Source of the DNA: a virus
IMG/VR virus record: IMGVR_UViG_3300010268_000001
Length of the DNA: 64,000 nucleotides
Reading direction: 5' to 3' (one strand)
Program-made: the position numbers and the translations under genes
Shown: one piece after another, positions 9,831 through 20,373 of the stretch
Layout: each line of letters opens with the position of its first letter
How positions within the stretch are numbered: the first letter of the stretch is position 1
The notes under the pieces: generated by a model
Told to the model about the DNA's origin: nothing
The model's database searches: none
What the model saw: only the letters and a program-made list of their open reading frames with translations

Positions 9831-12383
9831 CTAAGACCTGGTTATAATCGTTATGGGAACTTCTGTTCCTATTCCAGACTTCTCGTCGATTACGATTATC
9901 TTCTCTGTTATGATCCCTTCATTTACTATATTGTTTACATGGAATTTATAGATGAACCTACCTGATATATGCTCGTCAGTAACTAATTGGCCGTATTTAT
10001 ATATAGCCGATTCTTCTCCGTTCTTTGCTTTTTCTTCTTCAAACTTGCTAAGCCACTCTTTTTCCTCTTGCGTCATATACTTCTCTATATATCCGTATTT
10101 ATTGCCATGTTCGAGTTCAACGGATATTAGAGCATTGCTCGTCGGTACTCCCTTTTCGCCAAGACAGCTTACTGTTATTGTGGCGACTTGGTGTCCGTCA
10201 GCTATTAGTGCGCTCGGCGTTACAGTGACGTCTATAGACGTAACGGGAATCGGCGTATTGGTGATATATACAAATCCATTATTATTGGATGCTTTAAACG
10301 GATTTGCTTCTACTGTGGCTACAAGTTTCTTCTTTGCGCCATACTCGTTCTCATATGTGATTGTGATGGTTTTGCCGTCAGTGTTGGAGAGAGTAATCTC
10401 AAGTCCTCCGGCCTCGCTGTCGTAGTTTGCACAGAATACATTTCTGGGTGTATATTGGATTGTAATAGTGGGTGCAGTTGTGTACGTATACGATGCATGT
10501 ACTACATGGTCGCTCGGCACTGGTTCTTTAAATACAACAAGTCCATCTTTATATGATATAGTGTATTTACTTGGGCTTACTATTTCAGCATCCTCGATTG
10601 ACGAACCTACCGGCCTTACGCGTATTACTGGTTCTTTATCGGTAATTATCCAGTTCTTATTGACTGCATGATAGGCAACGTTGTCTACTGTAGAGAGTCT
10701 TTCATCGGTAACTTCTTTATCGTCAAGTTCGAGATCGTTAATTGTTATCTTGTTGCCATCAATTGAAATATCGTTATATACCCTTGTATTACTGTACGCT
10801 CTGGCGCTGAGTATGTTATTATAGCTCATTACGAAGGTTTTGTTACCTGTGTAGTTTACTTCTACTGTATCTGTAACAGAATACTTGTCGTTGTTTATAA
10901 AGTATACTCTTTCGTATACAGAGCCATCTTCAGACCGGACTATGATCGGGGTTACTGGCTTTGGCGCAGGAACAATAATTTTATTACCAAGTAGCACAAG
11001 CGTATGCTCAGCAAAGTCAGTGTAGATTATTATCCCGGGCTCCCCTGCGTCGTCAACCGTGTATTGAGCCATCTGTTCGAGTGATACTTCGCCTGAGTGT
11101 ATAATGAGTTTATCTAATATTACGTTGCCGGATACCTCATTGTCGCACCCTATAAGTATGGCGTCTTCGCGCTGTATATTTTGTTGTGACACAGTAAAAA
11201 ATTCAGACACTGCTTCTTCACCGCTAGATATAGAAAGCTCAATCTTGTCTCCTGAAAACCATACAAGAACTATATTGCAGAATAACTTATCATCTATATC
11301 AAATGGTACGTCAAAGGTTTGCTCTCCATATGTAATATAGAAGCTTCCGGCTTCGTAATACATATTGAAGGCCTCATTGTAATAAAACACTGGGAGCCTA
11401 CCAAATGTATATTTGTGCAGCGGCTTGAATATAAGCGACAGACCTCCGGCTTCAAGATTAAGTCTTGCCGCAGGAAATGACAGATAAGCCCGCCCCCGTT
11501 TATTTCTTGTAATAGAGGTGGCAAAGGCTTTATTTTCAATCTGGAGAGGGTATATAACGGTCTCTCCTTGTGTGTCTGTGCCTATTCTTACTTCAATACT
11601 TTCAGATGGTGATACGAATGACAATGTGAGTGTTTTTATTTCCTCTGACGTATCGCGCGTTTCAGCTATTATATTCTCTCCATCAAACACCTGAATATAT
11701 AAACTGCCTTTATACGGTACACTTATCGTATATGGCTGATCTATTTCTGTTTGGACGCTCTGATATATATACGAGTATTTATTGGTGCCATTATTAAAGC
11801 GCACGCTGTAGTTGTCGTTTGTGCACAGACAGCCCTCTATTATATTTTTATTCCATCCTGTCGTATTGTTAGACTTTATTATGAATGATGTACATTTTGC
11901 TCCTGCCGTTCCGTATATACCGAATTTGCCACCGTTAAATGCGTTCTGTTCGAAGTTAAACACAAGATCTCCGTTAAGGTAGCACTTCATGTTGGTTCTG
12001 TATAGAACGGCTTTGAGCGTTACAGATTCGCCTTCTTGCGGTATTTCGAGCAGCTTTTCCGTTGTGTCTTGTGCGTCCTGGGTTATTGGAAGCCTTTCAC
12101 CATTATCCAGGCGCATTAATAGTATTGTGTTGCCTTTATAATGGCGAACGATTGATATGTTGTCTGAGGAGAGAATATATTCGATATATCCAATATTTTC
12201 ATTATACCACAATATTAGCCCAATGTCAATCCCATTGTAGATAAAACTGGCCTCGACCTCTGTATTATTTGACGAGGCCAGATATGTCATGTTATTTATA
12301 AGCATCTCACTATCAGCAAAATGCAGTTGGTTGTCTATAATCTCAGTGGATAAGGTGCCAGTCCATCCGTTTCCGATATTCAT
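9831..12383 (-). CDS. Baseplate/fibre structural protein with beta-sandwich (LamG/ConA-like and Ig-like) domains (850 aa)
   Basis: Beta-rich. Contains a FNGGKFGIYG lectin-like motif, a LamG-like SGNVILDKLIIHSGEVSLEQM segment and an invasin/Big-like VTVTPSALIADGHQVATITV segment. Confidence 0.6.
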   Translation of the reverse strand: MNIGNGWTGTLSTEIIDNQLHFADSEMLINNMTYLASSNNTEVEASFIYNGIDIGLILWYNENIGYIEYILSSDNISIVRHYKGNTILLMRLDNGERLPITQDAQDTTEKLLEIPQEGESVTLKAVLYRTNMKCYLNGDLVFNFEQNAFNGGKFGIYGTAGAKCTSFIIKSNNTTGWNKNIIEGCLCTNDNYSVRFNNGTNKYSYIYQSVQTEIDQPYTISVPYKGSLYIQVFDGENIIAETRDTSEEIKTLTLSFVSPSESIEVRIGTDTQGETVIYPLQIENKAFATSITRNKRGRAYLSFPAARLNLEAGGLSLIFKPLHKYTFGRLPVFYYNEAFNMYYEAGSFYITYGEQTFDVPFDIDDKLFCNIVLVWFSGDKIELSISSGEEAVSEFFTVSQQNIQREDAILIGCDNEVSGNVILDKLIIHSGEVSLEQMAQYTVDDAGEPGIIIYTDFAEHTLVLLGNKIIVPAPKPVTPIIVRSEDGSVYERVYFINNDKYSVTDTVEVNYTGNKTFVMSYNNILSARAYSNTRVYNDISIDGNKITINDLELDDKEVTDERLSTVDNVAYHAVNKNWIITDKEPVIRVRPVGSSIEDAEIVSPSKYTISYKDGLVVFKEPVPSDHVVHASYTYTTAPTITIQYTPRNVFCANYDSEAGGLEITLSNTDGKTITITYENEYGAKKKLVATVEANPFKASNNNGFVYITNTPIPVTSIDVTVTPSALIADGHQVATITVSCLGEKGVPTSNALISVELEHGNKYGYIEKYMTQEEKEWLSKFEEEKAKNGEESAIYKYGQLVTDEHISGRFIYKFHVNNIVNEGIITEKIIVIDEKSGIGTEVPITIITRS

Positions 12384-12387
12384 AGAC

Positions 12388-15300
12388 TTATTCCTCCTCG
12401 GAACGAGCGAATGTTTCTATAAATACATCGCCTATGTCTTGACCCTTTTCAAGGATGTTATTAACAAGTAAATTCTCTGTCTCTTCCTGGATAATTATAT
12501 TGGAATCATCGGTGTATATTATATTTTCAGCTCTTGGTATTACGCTCTCGCCTAAGATATACTTGGCTTCATTTGTGAACATATAGTATTTATCTTTGCC
12601 GATATAGTAGTATCCGCCTTTAATATGCGGATTCCATGACTCTCTTGGGTCTCTCCTGTCCATTGTTCCTACGACTCTATTGTTGTCGATGTATGTCCTT
12701 ACCCTTGGGTTGTCGTCGTATACAACGAATTTCAGCGTCGACTTGTCTACGTCGTCAGGGATTATAAAGTCGTCAAATATAAGAGGCTGTGATACATAAT
12801 CAACCATAGGAGAACACTTGCCCGCAAACTGTAGTACCGGTGACCTGTATATCTGCGCATTAGACCTATATTCGCTATAGTCGCATGTGAATTCAACACG
12901 CAGCGATACAACCTTGTCATATACATAGCTTACATAGTATACGTCGCCTTCTTCAGGTACGTCTCCAATTGCTATACCTGGAGACCAGTCTATTATATTA
13001 CTATATGTTCCGGGCTCTGCGTAATATCTGTAATGACCGCTTGCAAGCTCATTGCCAGTGGTTGGATCTATTTTATTTAGATAATCTGGAGCAGGAAGTG
13101 ACGGATCGCTGTATACACCAAGTACTACTCCGTTGACTACACCGTTTAGTCTTTTAATCATGGCTTTAGGTAGTCTATCGGTAGAGCCGCTTCCCCTGAC
13201 AACAGGAACCATTATCTCGACGGATTCAACAAGGCTTGGTGTTATTTCATTTGCATATAGATATCTGATGCTGCCTTTAATCCTGCTTTCGTCCTGGCGC
13301 TCACCGTGGCTTGTTACGGAGCCTTCAATTACCTCAACCTTATAAGGTATTATTGACGGGTCAGGATTTAGTATTATGCCGGGTTCTATTTCTGGCAGCT
13401 GGCTTGATACGGGGTCATCTGAATATAAAAGTGTTACTACATATGGACGATATTCGTCGTTAAGGTTAACAACTGCATCAAACTTCTTTTCTTCAGACGT
13501 CCAATCGACAAGGCCGTATACATTACCAGAAATAATACTTATACATACCTGATCGTTTAGTGTGTATGTTATATTTCTTCTTTGAACCGGCTCTAGGTGG
13601 TTTTCACTCCTCCACCTTATATCTACATTTGGGTTAGGCTCACTTAGCACAAAACCGTTCATGATATAGAACGCATACTGTCGACCGTCTATTAGCGTAG
13701 GAGTAAATGTATTTGTGAGATTTATAGTTATATACCCAGGCTCGAGAATAGTGACAACACCGGAGCCGTACCTGTAATGCCTTCTTGTTCTCTCATTATT
13801 GTTATCCTTAACTCTTACCATTAAATAGTCATCGGTAAGCCCATTTTCAAGGTATACGCTGTCTTTTCCGTTGGAAGCCCAGTAAATGCTTACATCTTCC
13901 ATATCAGACTCTATTAGATACTCTGGATTCTCTGCGCCTTGTGGGATTGTGAAGTTAAAGCTTGATATTGATGCTAACTTGCTTCGTGTGAGATCGTCTG
14001 TATATACTTTATCTACTCCAGTATTATCTCCATATACCGAGCTTGCATATCCTCTATATTCATTCTGGCCAGTTCCAAATGCTCTGTACTCGCTATAGTA
14101 CGCGTCTGCTATGATTGATACCATTTCCGTTGCAGGGCTTGCAACTGCCGTGGTTCTGTTAAAGTTTATTTTCATCCTTATAGGTTCTCTTATGTTCGAT
14201 ATACTTCTGTATATCTGTTCTGCTGTTGTATATGTGAATGCAGCTATTACATCTGAAGACGACGGGCTTAACGGATTATATGTCGGCTTTACTATTTCTA
14301 CTACTATATCTGCACCAGGAGTTCCTGCCCCTGTTAATGTATCAATTGTATTAATGTAGTGAGTTAGTATAAATCTATTCCAGTTTGTCAGATTCTCGGG
14401 AGAAATAACTGGAGTTATGATGTATCCGTTTTTTGTTGACGGAGAGTTTTTATAGTCTATTATGGCTCTTCTTTCTGCGGAAGAGTATGGTAATGACCAT
14501 GAGCTCCAGTTACCGTCTATATCCGACGTTCTGGTTCTTATTTCAACGCTTGTCCCTTCAGGATGTGAAACTTCAAATGTAACATCGTCTATACTTGTTA
14601 CGTTTCCTCCAAGGTCTACTGTAGTTTTCCAGTATCCGTTACTAGAATAGTCCGACGTATTTGCTGTGTGTATATCTATGCTGATAACTTCCGGGGAATT
14701 TGTGTTATCAGAAGACGCAAGTGCAAGTCTAAACTGATATGCGTCAACGCCAGACCAGTCATCTGTTGCGCCATGATACTTATAGACGTTATTAAAACCT
14801 CTATATGTAACATTCTCTTCGGATGCAGTAAGCGTGATTTGTCCCCACTGACTCCATACTCCGTCTTTTCTTCCTCTCATCTCAAGCCTTATGTCAGTTG
14901 TCATTGCTGTGATTCCGTTAAATTCAAATACACTGCCTGGATCAGATGAGTCATTCATTGTTATGGTAACAATTTGCTCGCCATATGGAAGTGACTCTAT
15001 TGCATATGGACCGGGGCCAATTGTGTCTATTTCATAGGTATTTGACTGTACGAGCTCACCATTGATATATGAGTCGACTTTTACATCTACTATGGCGCCG
15101 TTTATTTTTCTTACATAGTCTATATATATACTCGATGCTATAAGATTTGCCGTGATCCTAAATAAAGGATCTGAGAGAAGCATTGTGTTGCCGCTTCTCT
15201 CGTACTGTCCTTCTATTATGAATATTTCATTAAAAGGATTATATGATACTCTCGGATGAGAGCATATTATGTCTACATAGAGCCTGCCATCCGACGGAGG

Positions 15301-15417
15301 GGTGTTTGTAAGGGGGGTTATGAGATAGGTCTCGTCAGAGATAAACTGCCCGGCAAACACGCCGCTCATACCGTAGTACGACGCGCCGTAATAACTTCTA
15401 ATACCATATTGAGCCAT
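12388..15417 (-). CDS. Baseplate wedge-like structural protein (1009 aa)
   Basis: Long beta-rich ORF in the baseplate cluster with EIRTRTS...WSSWS and YQFRLALAS...SPEV motifs typical of large-myovirus baseplate proteins. Confidence 0.6.
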   Translation of the reverse strand: MAQYGIRSYYGASYYGMSGVFAGQFISDETYLITPLTNTPPSDGRLYVDIICSHPRVSYNPFNEIFIIEGQYERSGNTMLLSDPLFRITANLIASSIYIDYVRKINGAIVDVKVDSYINGELVQSNTYEIDTIGPGPYAIESLPYGEQIVTITMNDSSDPGSVFEFNGITAMTTDIRLEMRGRKDGVWSQWGQITLTASEENVTYRGFNNVYKYHGATDDWSGVDAYQFRLALASSDNTNSPEVISIDIHTANTSDYSSNGYWKTTVDLGGNVTSIDDVTFEVSHPEGTSVEIRTRTSDIDGNWSSWSLPYSSAERRAIIDYKNSPSTKNGYIITPVISPENLTNWNRFILTHYINTIDTLTGAGTPGADIVVEIVKPTYNPLSPSSSDVIAAFTYTTAEQIYRSISNIREPIRMKINFNRTTAVASPATEMVSIIADAYYSEYRAFGTGQNEYRGYASSVYGDNTGVDKVYTDDLTRSKLASISSFNFTIPQGAENPEYLIESDMEDVSIYWASNGKDSVYLENGLTDDYLMVRVKDNNNERTRRHYRYGSGVVTILEPGYITINLTNTFTPTLIDGRQYAFYIMNGFVLSEPNPNVDIRWRSENHLEPVQRRNITYTLNDQVCISIISGNVYGLVDWTSEEKKFDAVVNLNDEYRPYVVTLLYSDDPVSSQLPEIEPGIILNPDPSIIPYKVEVIEGSVTSHGERQDESRIKGSIRYLYANEITPSLVESVEIMVPVVRGSGSTDRLPKAMIKRLNGVVNGVVLGVYSDPSLPAPDYLNKIDPTTGNELASGHYRYYAEPGTYSNIIDWSPGIAIGDVPEEGDVYYVSYVYDKVVSLRVEFTCDYSEYRSNAQIYRSPVLQFAGKCSPMVDYVSQPLIFDDFIIPDDVDKSTLKFVVYDDNPRVRTYIDNNRVVGTMDRRDPRESWNPHIKGGYYYIGKDKYYMFTNEAKYILGESVIPRAENIIYTDDSNIIIQEETENLLVNNILEKGQDIGDVFIETFARSEEE

Positions 15418-15438
15418 TTAACCATTCTCCCCTTTTAA

Positions 15439-16494
15439 TTATTCTAGGTCGTATGTTGTTACATGCAGCGGTGTTATAACGAGACTGTCTATTGTAAGAT
15501 CACATGCTACTACAGGTTGAACGGAAGTTCCGTACCATTCTATATATACGTTTACCGTAGGATTTCCTTTATGTTCAAATGCAACATAGAACATTTCATA
15601 GTCGGTTGTCTGAAACCTTGCCGGTATTATTTCTACCTGTTTCATTACTGTGGAGCCAGAGCATATCTTTACTTTTCCTATTGATTGTAGTGGAGCCCTG
15701 TTAGATACCTTCATTCTTAGACATAGCGAATAGTTTCCGTATCTTAGCTTCGATGAATAATGCATCACATTGCCTTTGGCGTTTGAAGATGTTGCCTTTC
15801 TTGCTGTGCCAGAAAAAGCACCTGTGTCTGCGATATTTGTTCCAACGGCGCCAGACGACGGAACGCATTGGTAGGCTTCGGCTTCCTTATATACATAGCA
15901 ATTAAATGGACCGTTGATAGTAAGGTATGCATTTGTTCCTTGAATTGTGCCGCCTACCTTATCAAGCTTATCGTCAAACTTGGCAGCGACTGTCTGGGTG
16001 GTATTGCGATTCAGTCTTATATCTTCTCCTGTTAGCGCTCCTGAACCACTGAGGTCAAGCCTGTCTTTATCGAGCTTACCTGTTGTATGTAGAGCTAAGT
16101 CTATCTTGGGCGCTCCAGTTGCAGATCCATCATGAACATGTCCCATGATAGTCGGCGCTTTTGGTTTTGACGGGTCGGCCAAATGCGCAAGATATATTGA
16201 GCGCCATGTTGCGCCGCCATATCTTTCATCGAGGTCAGTGTAGTCTTCAAGTGCACTTATGCGGTCATTTACAGTATTAAATGAAGACTGTGGATTTACA
16301 CCGAGCGTTTCTTCTATGGCAAACACTGCCTGCTGTAATGACCTTACGTCATTTGCAAGAACATAGTAAAGTCTTGCATCTGTTTCCGGGGTCCTGTCTT
16401 CGAAGTTTATGATATTCTGTCTTATATTAGGGTTTGATTTGTCCAGCGCATCGGGATAATTAGTGAGAGGCCACTGTTGATACCTAATAGACAT
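15439..16494 (-). CDS. Short tail fibre-like protein with C-terminal carbohydrate-binding-like jelly roll (351 aa)
   Basis: N-terminal fibre anchor (LANDVRSLQQAVFAIEETLGVNPQ), a GHVHDG fibre motif, and a C-terminal LRYGNYSLCLRMKVS...YEMFYVAF...LTIDSLVI CBM-like segment. Confidence 0.6.
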   Translation of the reverse strand: MSIRYQQWPLTNYPDALDKSNPNIRQNIINFEDRTPETDARLYYVLANDVRSLQQAVFAIEETLGVNPQSSFNTVNDRISALEDYTDLDERYGGATWRSIYLAHLADPSKPKAPTIMGHVHDGSATGAPKIDLALHTTGKLDKDRLDLSGSGALTGEDIRLNRNTTQTVAAKFDDKLDKVGGTIQGTNAYLTINGPFNCYVYKEAEAYQCVPSSGAVGTNIADTGAFSGTARKATSSNAKGNVMHYSSKLRYGNYSLCLRMKVSNRAPLQSIGKVKICSGSTVMKQVEIIPARFQTTDYEMFYVAFEHKGNPTVNVYIEWYGTSVQPVVACDLTIDSLVITPLHVTTYDLE

Positions 16495-16506
16495 ACTCTA
16501 TCACTC

Positions 16507-18210
16507 CTAAATACTAAGCTTCAATGTACCGTTTGTTGTAATACGGAGATTAATCATTTCTCCATCATCCCAGTCACCCTCTGATACATAGAGTTTTTGG
16601 TATTCGCCTCTTGCCAAGGTGACATATCCATCCTCTGTAACCACTATATTATAGTTGTCATTGGTATCGTTTCTGATTCTTAAAATGGGATTTTGGTCGT
16701 TCCATGTGTTTGAAGAAAAGCCGGCCGTTACTGTATTGCCGTTTTGCGATATAGATGATTGTGTGTCAATAACTATTGTCTTTGGAACACCGGCTACCTT
16801 ATAATTCAGTGAGATTTTATCTATTACAGGGGTAACTGATTTGTCGTCTGTCTTCAGATTCGCAAGTATTTCAATGTATCTGTTGTCAGGGTTCATTACC
16901 CTGCTTCCGGGAATAATGACCACGTTCTTGGTTATATAGTTATTCTGTTTAAGGTCATTTGATGTTACAGTAGTGTAGTTTACAACAGTACCGTCAAACG
17001 TAAGATTGTAATTATACGTATAATGCTTATGGGCTTTTACCTTGAACTTAAGCGGAATAAGCTCTGATGCAACTACTGTATAGCGATAGTTTTCTGGTTT
17101 ATACTCACTGTCATTGTACTTTTGGCCAGTTGCATATACTCTGTATTTAAAGTGGTGTTCCGGGTATACTCTTTCTCTTGCAACGCGAAGACCCTCTACG
17201 CCGACATAGTATGTAAACTCTTGAATGGCGCTCTCTTGTTCGGGCCCGATAATCTCAAGGTCATCAAGGTCGCCTATACCGTTTTGTATTTCACTGTTGT
17301 TCCATTTATCAAGTGATACATTCCATATTATCGGAAGATAGTGAAGACCTGCTTTGTTCTCCTCTAGTATGTCCCAATACACATTAGAGCTTGATAAGTT
17401 TACTTTATTAGAAAGGATGATGTATTCTTTTAGTTCGTCCTTAATTGTGCCGTCTGGATTAATGAGTGATTTAACAAAGTCCTCGCTTAGCTCGTTAATC
17501 TCTATTTTGTCTTTTTCTATACCGAGAGATCTTGATATATAGTTTAGCAGTCCTTGTCTTGTTGAATTACCTGGATTTTGGAAAACATCGAGTAGCCTTG
17601 CCCTATATCCATGTTCTTTTAGGTTGCTGCTGCCGCATGTGGGGCATATATCTATGGGTTTGCCTTTAAATGTTTCGTGACAGTCCTGACATGTATATTC
17701 ATAGTTTCTTTCGCCGGGAATCCTTGGACAGCCCAGCAGGAGTCCTATTTCATCAAATGCTCCCCATACGTGATGCTCGATTACTTCTGTATAGAGCGCA
17801 CCGTTTACTGAGAGACTGTCTATCTTTGCTTTTGTGTATATGGTATTTGCTTCTGAATCTATATAGTATTTTGACTCATCCGATTTATAAAAGTCATATA
17901 ATGTGGACGCAGGAACAAGTTCATACGGAACGCCGTTGAGATATCCTATTACAGTTGCGTCTCGGGTCAGAGTTTCAGTATATATTTCAATCTTATATAG
18001 GATGTCGACCTGTGTGATATCGAACCCTTCTGGGTAGTACGGCATCTCCAGGTGGTGTGCTGCGAGTATATTACCAATCAGGTTTTCAATGTCATGAAGC
18101 TGAATTCCTATGGCATTTAGTGTTTTTGCCCCGGTTGAATTTTCCGGGTCCTTCCTCATCTTCATCCATGACGGAAGCATGGAAAGCATTTCAAGGGTTA
18201 CACTATCCAT
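16507..18210 (-). CDS. Baseplate protein (P2 gpI-like N-terminus) with inserted Zn ribbon (567 aa)
   Basis: Directly downstream of baseplate J. The DEIGLLLGCPRIPGE...YRARLL motif matches the gpI/gpJ-type repeat and is interrupted by CQDC-x11-CPTC. Confidence 0.6.
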   Translation of the reverse strand: MDSVTLEMLSMLPSWMKMRKDPENSTGAKTLNAIGIQLHDIENLIGNILAAHHLEMPYYPEGFDITQVDILYKIEIYTETLTRDATVIGYLNGVPYELVPASTLYDFYKSDESKYYIDSEANTIYTKAKIDSLSVNGALYTEVIEHHVWGAFDEIGLLLGCPRIPGERNYEYTCQDCHETFKGKPIDICPTCGSSNLKEHGYRARLLDVFQNPGNSTRQGLLNYISRSLGIEKDKIEINELSEDFVKSLINPDGTIKDELKEYIILSNKVNLSSSNVYWDILEENKAGLHYLPIIWNVSLDKWNNSEIQNGIGDLDDLEIIGPEQESAIQEFTYYVGVEGLRVARERVYPEHHFKYRVYATGQKYNDSEYKPENYRYTVVASELIPLKFKVKAHKHYTYNYNLTFDGTVVNYTTVTSNDLKQNNYITKNVVIIPGSRVMNPDNRYIEILANLKTDDKSVTPVIDKISLNYKVAGVPKTIVIDTQSSISQNGNTVTAGFSSNTWNDQNPILRIRNDTNDNYNIVVTEDGYVTLARGEYQKLYVSEGDWDDGEMINLRITTNGTLKLSI

Positions 18211-18222
18211 TTGTGCGCCTCC

Positions 18223-19032
18223 TTATATTACGACGACAACACTGTTGACATATGCTCTTTCATCCCATTCAAGCTGATACTGGGATTCAGCAATTACTGC
18301 CTCATTGTTTATATGTAAGGAACTTAAGTATGCGTATGTTACATTCCTATTAGACTGTGCTATCCTTAATATCTCTGCTATTGATATTGTGCCGCCCATT
18401 GGTATTGTATCTACGTAGTTTCCTATTTCTTCTTTTAGCTGATTACTGATTGTAAATTCACTTGATGTGCTGTTGGTTTTTGTCACAATGTTAAATCTGA
18501 TATCTATCGGAACTGGCGTAGGTTTTGTTACAATGGCCCTGATGCCTTCTGCTTTTGTCTCATTGACAACGGTCTGTACTTGGGTCAATATCTCGTTTGG
18601 AGTATCAATTTCATCTGTTATTACATAGACTGTAAATGAGCCATTGCCACGTGAATAAGGCGCTATGTAAATATCCTTTACACCGGGCACTGCAAGACAT
18701 TTAAGCCTTACTGCCGTCCTGTTTGCTGCAGCAGCTGTAAATACCTGGTTAGTTATCCTGTACCGATAGTTGTCGTCTGTTTCGTCTGCAAGCCTTGTAC
18801 ATCCGAGCATGCGGCCTATCATATCAAGGTACATGCCTTTTGATGTGGAAACAAAAGACATTGCTGTGTAAAGATCTATATCTCTATAGCATGCGCCGAG
18901 CTTCTCATTAATTACCTCAAGCAAGGTTCTTACAAACGAGCCGGGTGGCATTTCTTTTATATCAGTGCTTTTTGCTATTTCATCCATCATTTCCTGGAGA
19001 ATTTCAGCTTTGCTCTTTATTGGGAACAGCAT
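18223..19032 (-). CDS. Baseplate J-like wedge protein (269 aa)
   Basis: GMYLDMIGRMLGCTRLADETDDNYRYRI, AVPGVKDIYI and GSFTVYV...VNETKAEGIRAIV are hallmark Baseplate_J motifs. Confidence 0.85.
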   Translation of the reverse strand: MLFPIKSKAEILQEMMDEIAKSTDIKEMPPGSFVRTLLEVINEKLGACYRDIDLYTAMSFVSTSKGMYLDMIGRMLGCTRLADETDDNYRYRITNQVFTAAAANRTAVRLKCLAVPGVKDIYIAPYSRGNGSFTVYVITDEIDTPNEILTQVQTVVNETKAEGIRAIVTKPTPVPIDIRFNIVTKTNSTSSEFTISNQLKEEIGNYVDTIPMGGTISIAEILRIAQSNRNVTYAYLSSLHINNEAVIAESQYQLEWDERAYVNSVVVVI

Positions 19033-19033
19033 A

Positions 19034-19447
19034 CTACATCCTCCTTATTCCTTCGTCCAGGTTGCATAATAGGTCTGCCTTGTACACAACATAGGTTCCG
19101 TTTCTTACTTCAATATGATAAAGGATATTCCTTTCATCTACTGGAATTGCAGTTACACTTAGGTCTGCAGGATTGATAAGTCCGCCATATGTAAGACAGT
19201 TTATTATTGATAACCTTCCTTCCTCTGCCGTCTGCCTTGTATTTCTTTTACCTATAAGATTTCTTAATGTATTTCCAAGTCTTGGATGTGGCAGATAATC
19301 GCCAAGGTCAGTCTTTAACCTTGCTTCTATTTGCTGTCTTAGACAGTCTATGCCTGTTACGGTATAAAGGTCACCAGTTGGAGTTATTATCATATCGCCA
19401 TCCTCTGTCATCGCCATATCGTTATAATTGTAATTCAAAGATATCAC
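19034..19447 (-). CDS. Baseplate wedge / sheath initiator, gp25/gpW-like (137 aa)
   Basis: GDLYTVTGIDCLRQQIEARLKTDLGDYLPHPRLGNTL matches the gp25/DUF2634 pattern. Position is just before baseplate J. Confidence 0.8.
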   Translation of the reverse strand: MISLNYNYNDMAMTEDGDMIITPTGDLYTVTGIDCLRQQIEARLKTDLGDYLPHPRLGNTLRNLIGKRNTRQTAEEGRLSIINCLTYGGLINPADLSVTAIPVDERNILYHIEVRNGTYVVYKADLLCNLDEGIRRM

Positions 19448-19450
19448 TCC

Positions 19451-19963
19451 TTATGTAGGTATACCGAGCTCTTCCAGTATAGCCCTGTATTCAGATGAAT
19501 CACTTGTTCTGATAAACGGCTTTATAGATATCGACCTTCTTGTCCAACCGACCTCAGGATCGTAGTATTTTATGGTGCAGCTTAACTGCAGGTCGTCATC
19601 GTATAATTGGTATAGCTGTGGGTTTACTATAAAACCGTTCCACACCAAGCCATACGGCCTTGTGAATACGTTAGTATTGTATGTGTTTATATTAAGAGCA
19701 TTTCCATACAAATTGACAGTATCGCATAGATCGCTGACTACAATCCCGGTAGTATCGCCAGCAAATATTTCGATATTTCCATTATCAAATATCTTCATGT
19801 GGCTTTGTGTCTTTGGGTGTCTCATCCCGACTTCTTTTTCGCCATATACGAACTGTGCTTCGAAGTCTTTCTGCGTGTCTATAGTCTGTGTCTTCAAACT
19901 TATGAGCTTTCTTTTCCATTCTGGCACGCTAAACTCGTGTATCGGCTTTGGCACCTGACCCAC
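19451..19963 (-). CDS. Baseplate spike-associated protein (170 aa)
   Basis: Position between the OB-fold spike gene and the gp25-like gene. Short beta-strand repeats (HMKIFDNGNIEIFAG). Confidence 0.5.
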   Translation of the reverse strand: MGQVPKPIHEFSVPEWKRKLISLKTQTIDTQKDFEAQFVYGEKEVGMRHPKTQSHMKIFDNGNIEIFAGDTTGIVVSDLCDTVNLYGNALNINTYNTNVFTRPYGLVWNGFIVNPQLYQLYDDDLQLSCTIKYYDPEVGWTRRSISIKPFIRTSDSSEYRAILEELGIPT

Positions 19964-19966
19964 CTC

Positions 19967-20368
19967 CTAGACCGTGGTCCTGATTACTCTATTAGCGCTC
20001 CTTACAGATACTGATGGCGTTGAAACCATAGTAGTGTCCGGCATCATAAATGTCTTACCTGTTGTATTAATGATTATGTCGTTATTCAGTATTGCAACTA
20101 TATAAGGATACGACATGTCTCCACCGAGAAACGATACAATGACGGGACTACCGACTTTTGGTTCCTCTCCGTGTACATAAGTAATGCCGCGGTCATATGG
20201 CACATTTTCAAATAATCTTTCAGAGGCCTCTCCTATACTTACTGTGGCTGTGCGCGTAGATGTATCAATTGATTCAATTGTACCTATGTATGTTTTTATT
20301 GACGACCTTATTTCTGGTTTAACGATTTCATTTAAAATTAACTCTCTTATCGGATTCATGTGCAACAC
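19967..20368 (-). CDS. Central spike gp5/gpV-type OB-fold protein (133 aa)
   Basis: YIGTIESID...ATVSI...ENVPY...EPKVGSPVIVSFLGGDMSYPYIVAIL is the gpV/gp5 N-terminal OB signature. Confidence 0.75.
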   Translation of the reverse strand: MLHMNPIRELILNEIVKPEIRSSIKTYIGTIESIDTSTRTATVSIGEASERLFENVPYDRGITYVHGEEPKVGSPVIVSFLGGDMSYPYIVAILNNDIIINTTGKTFMMPDTTMVSTPSVSVRSANRVIRTTV

Positions 20369-20373
20369 CTTGC

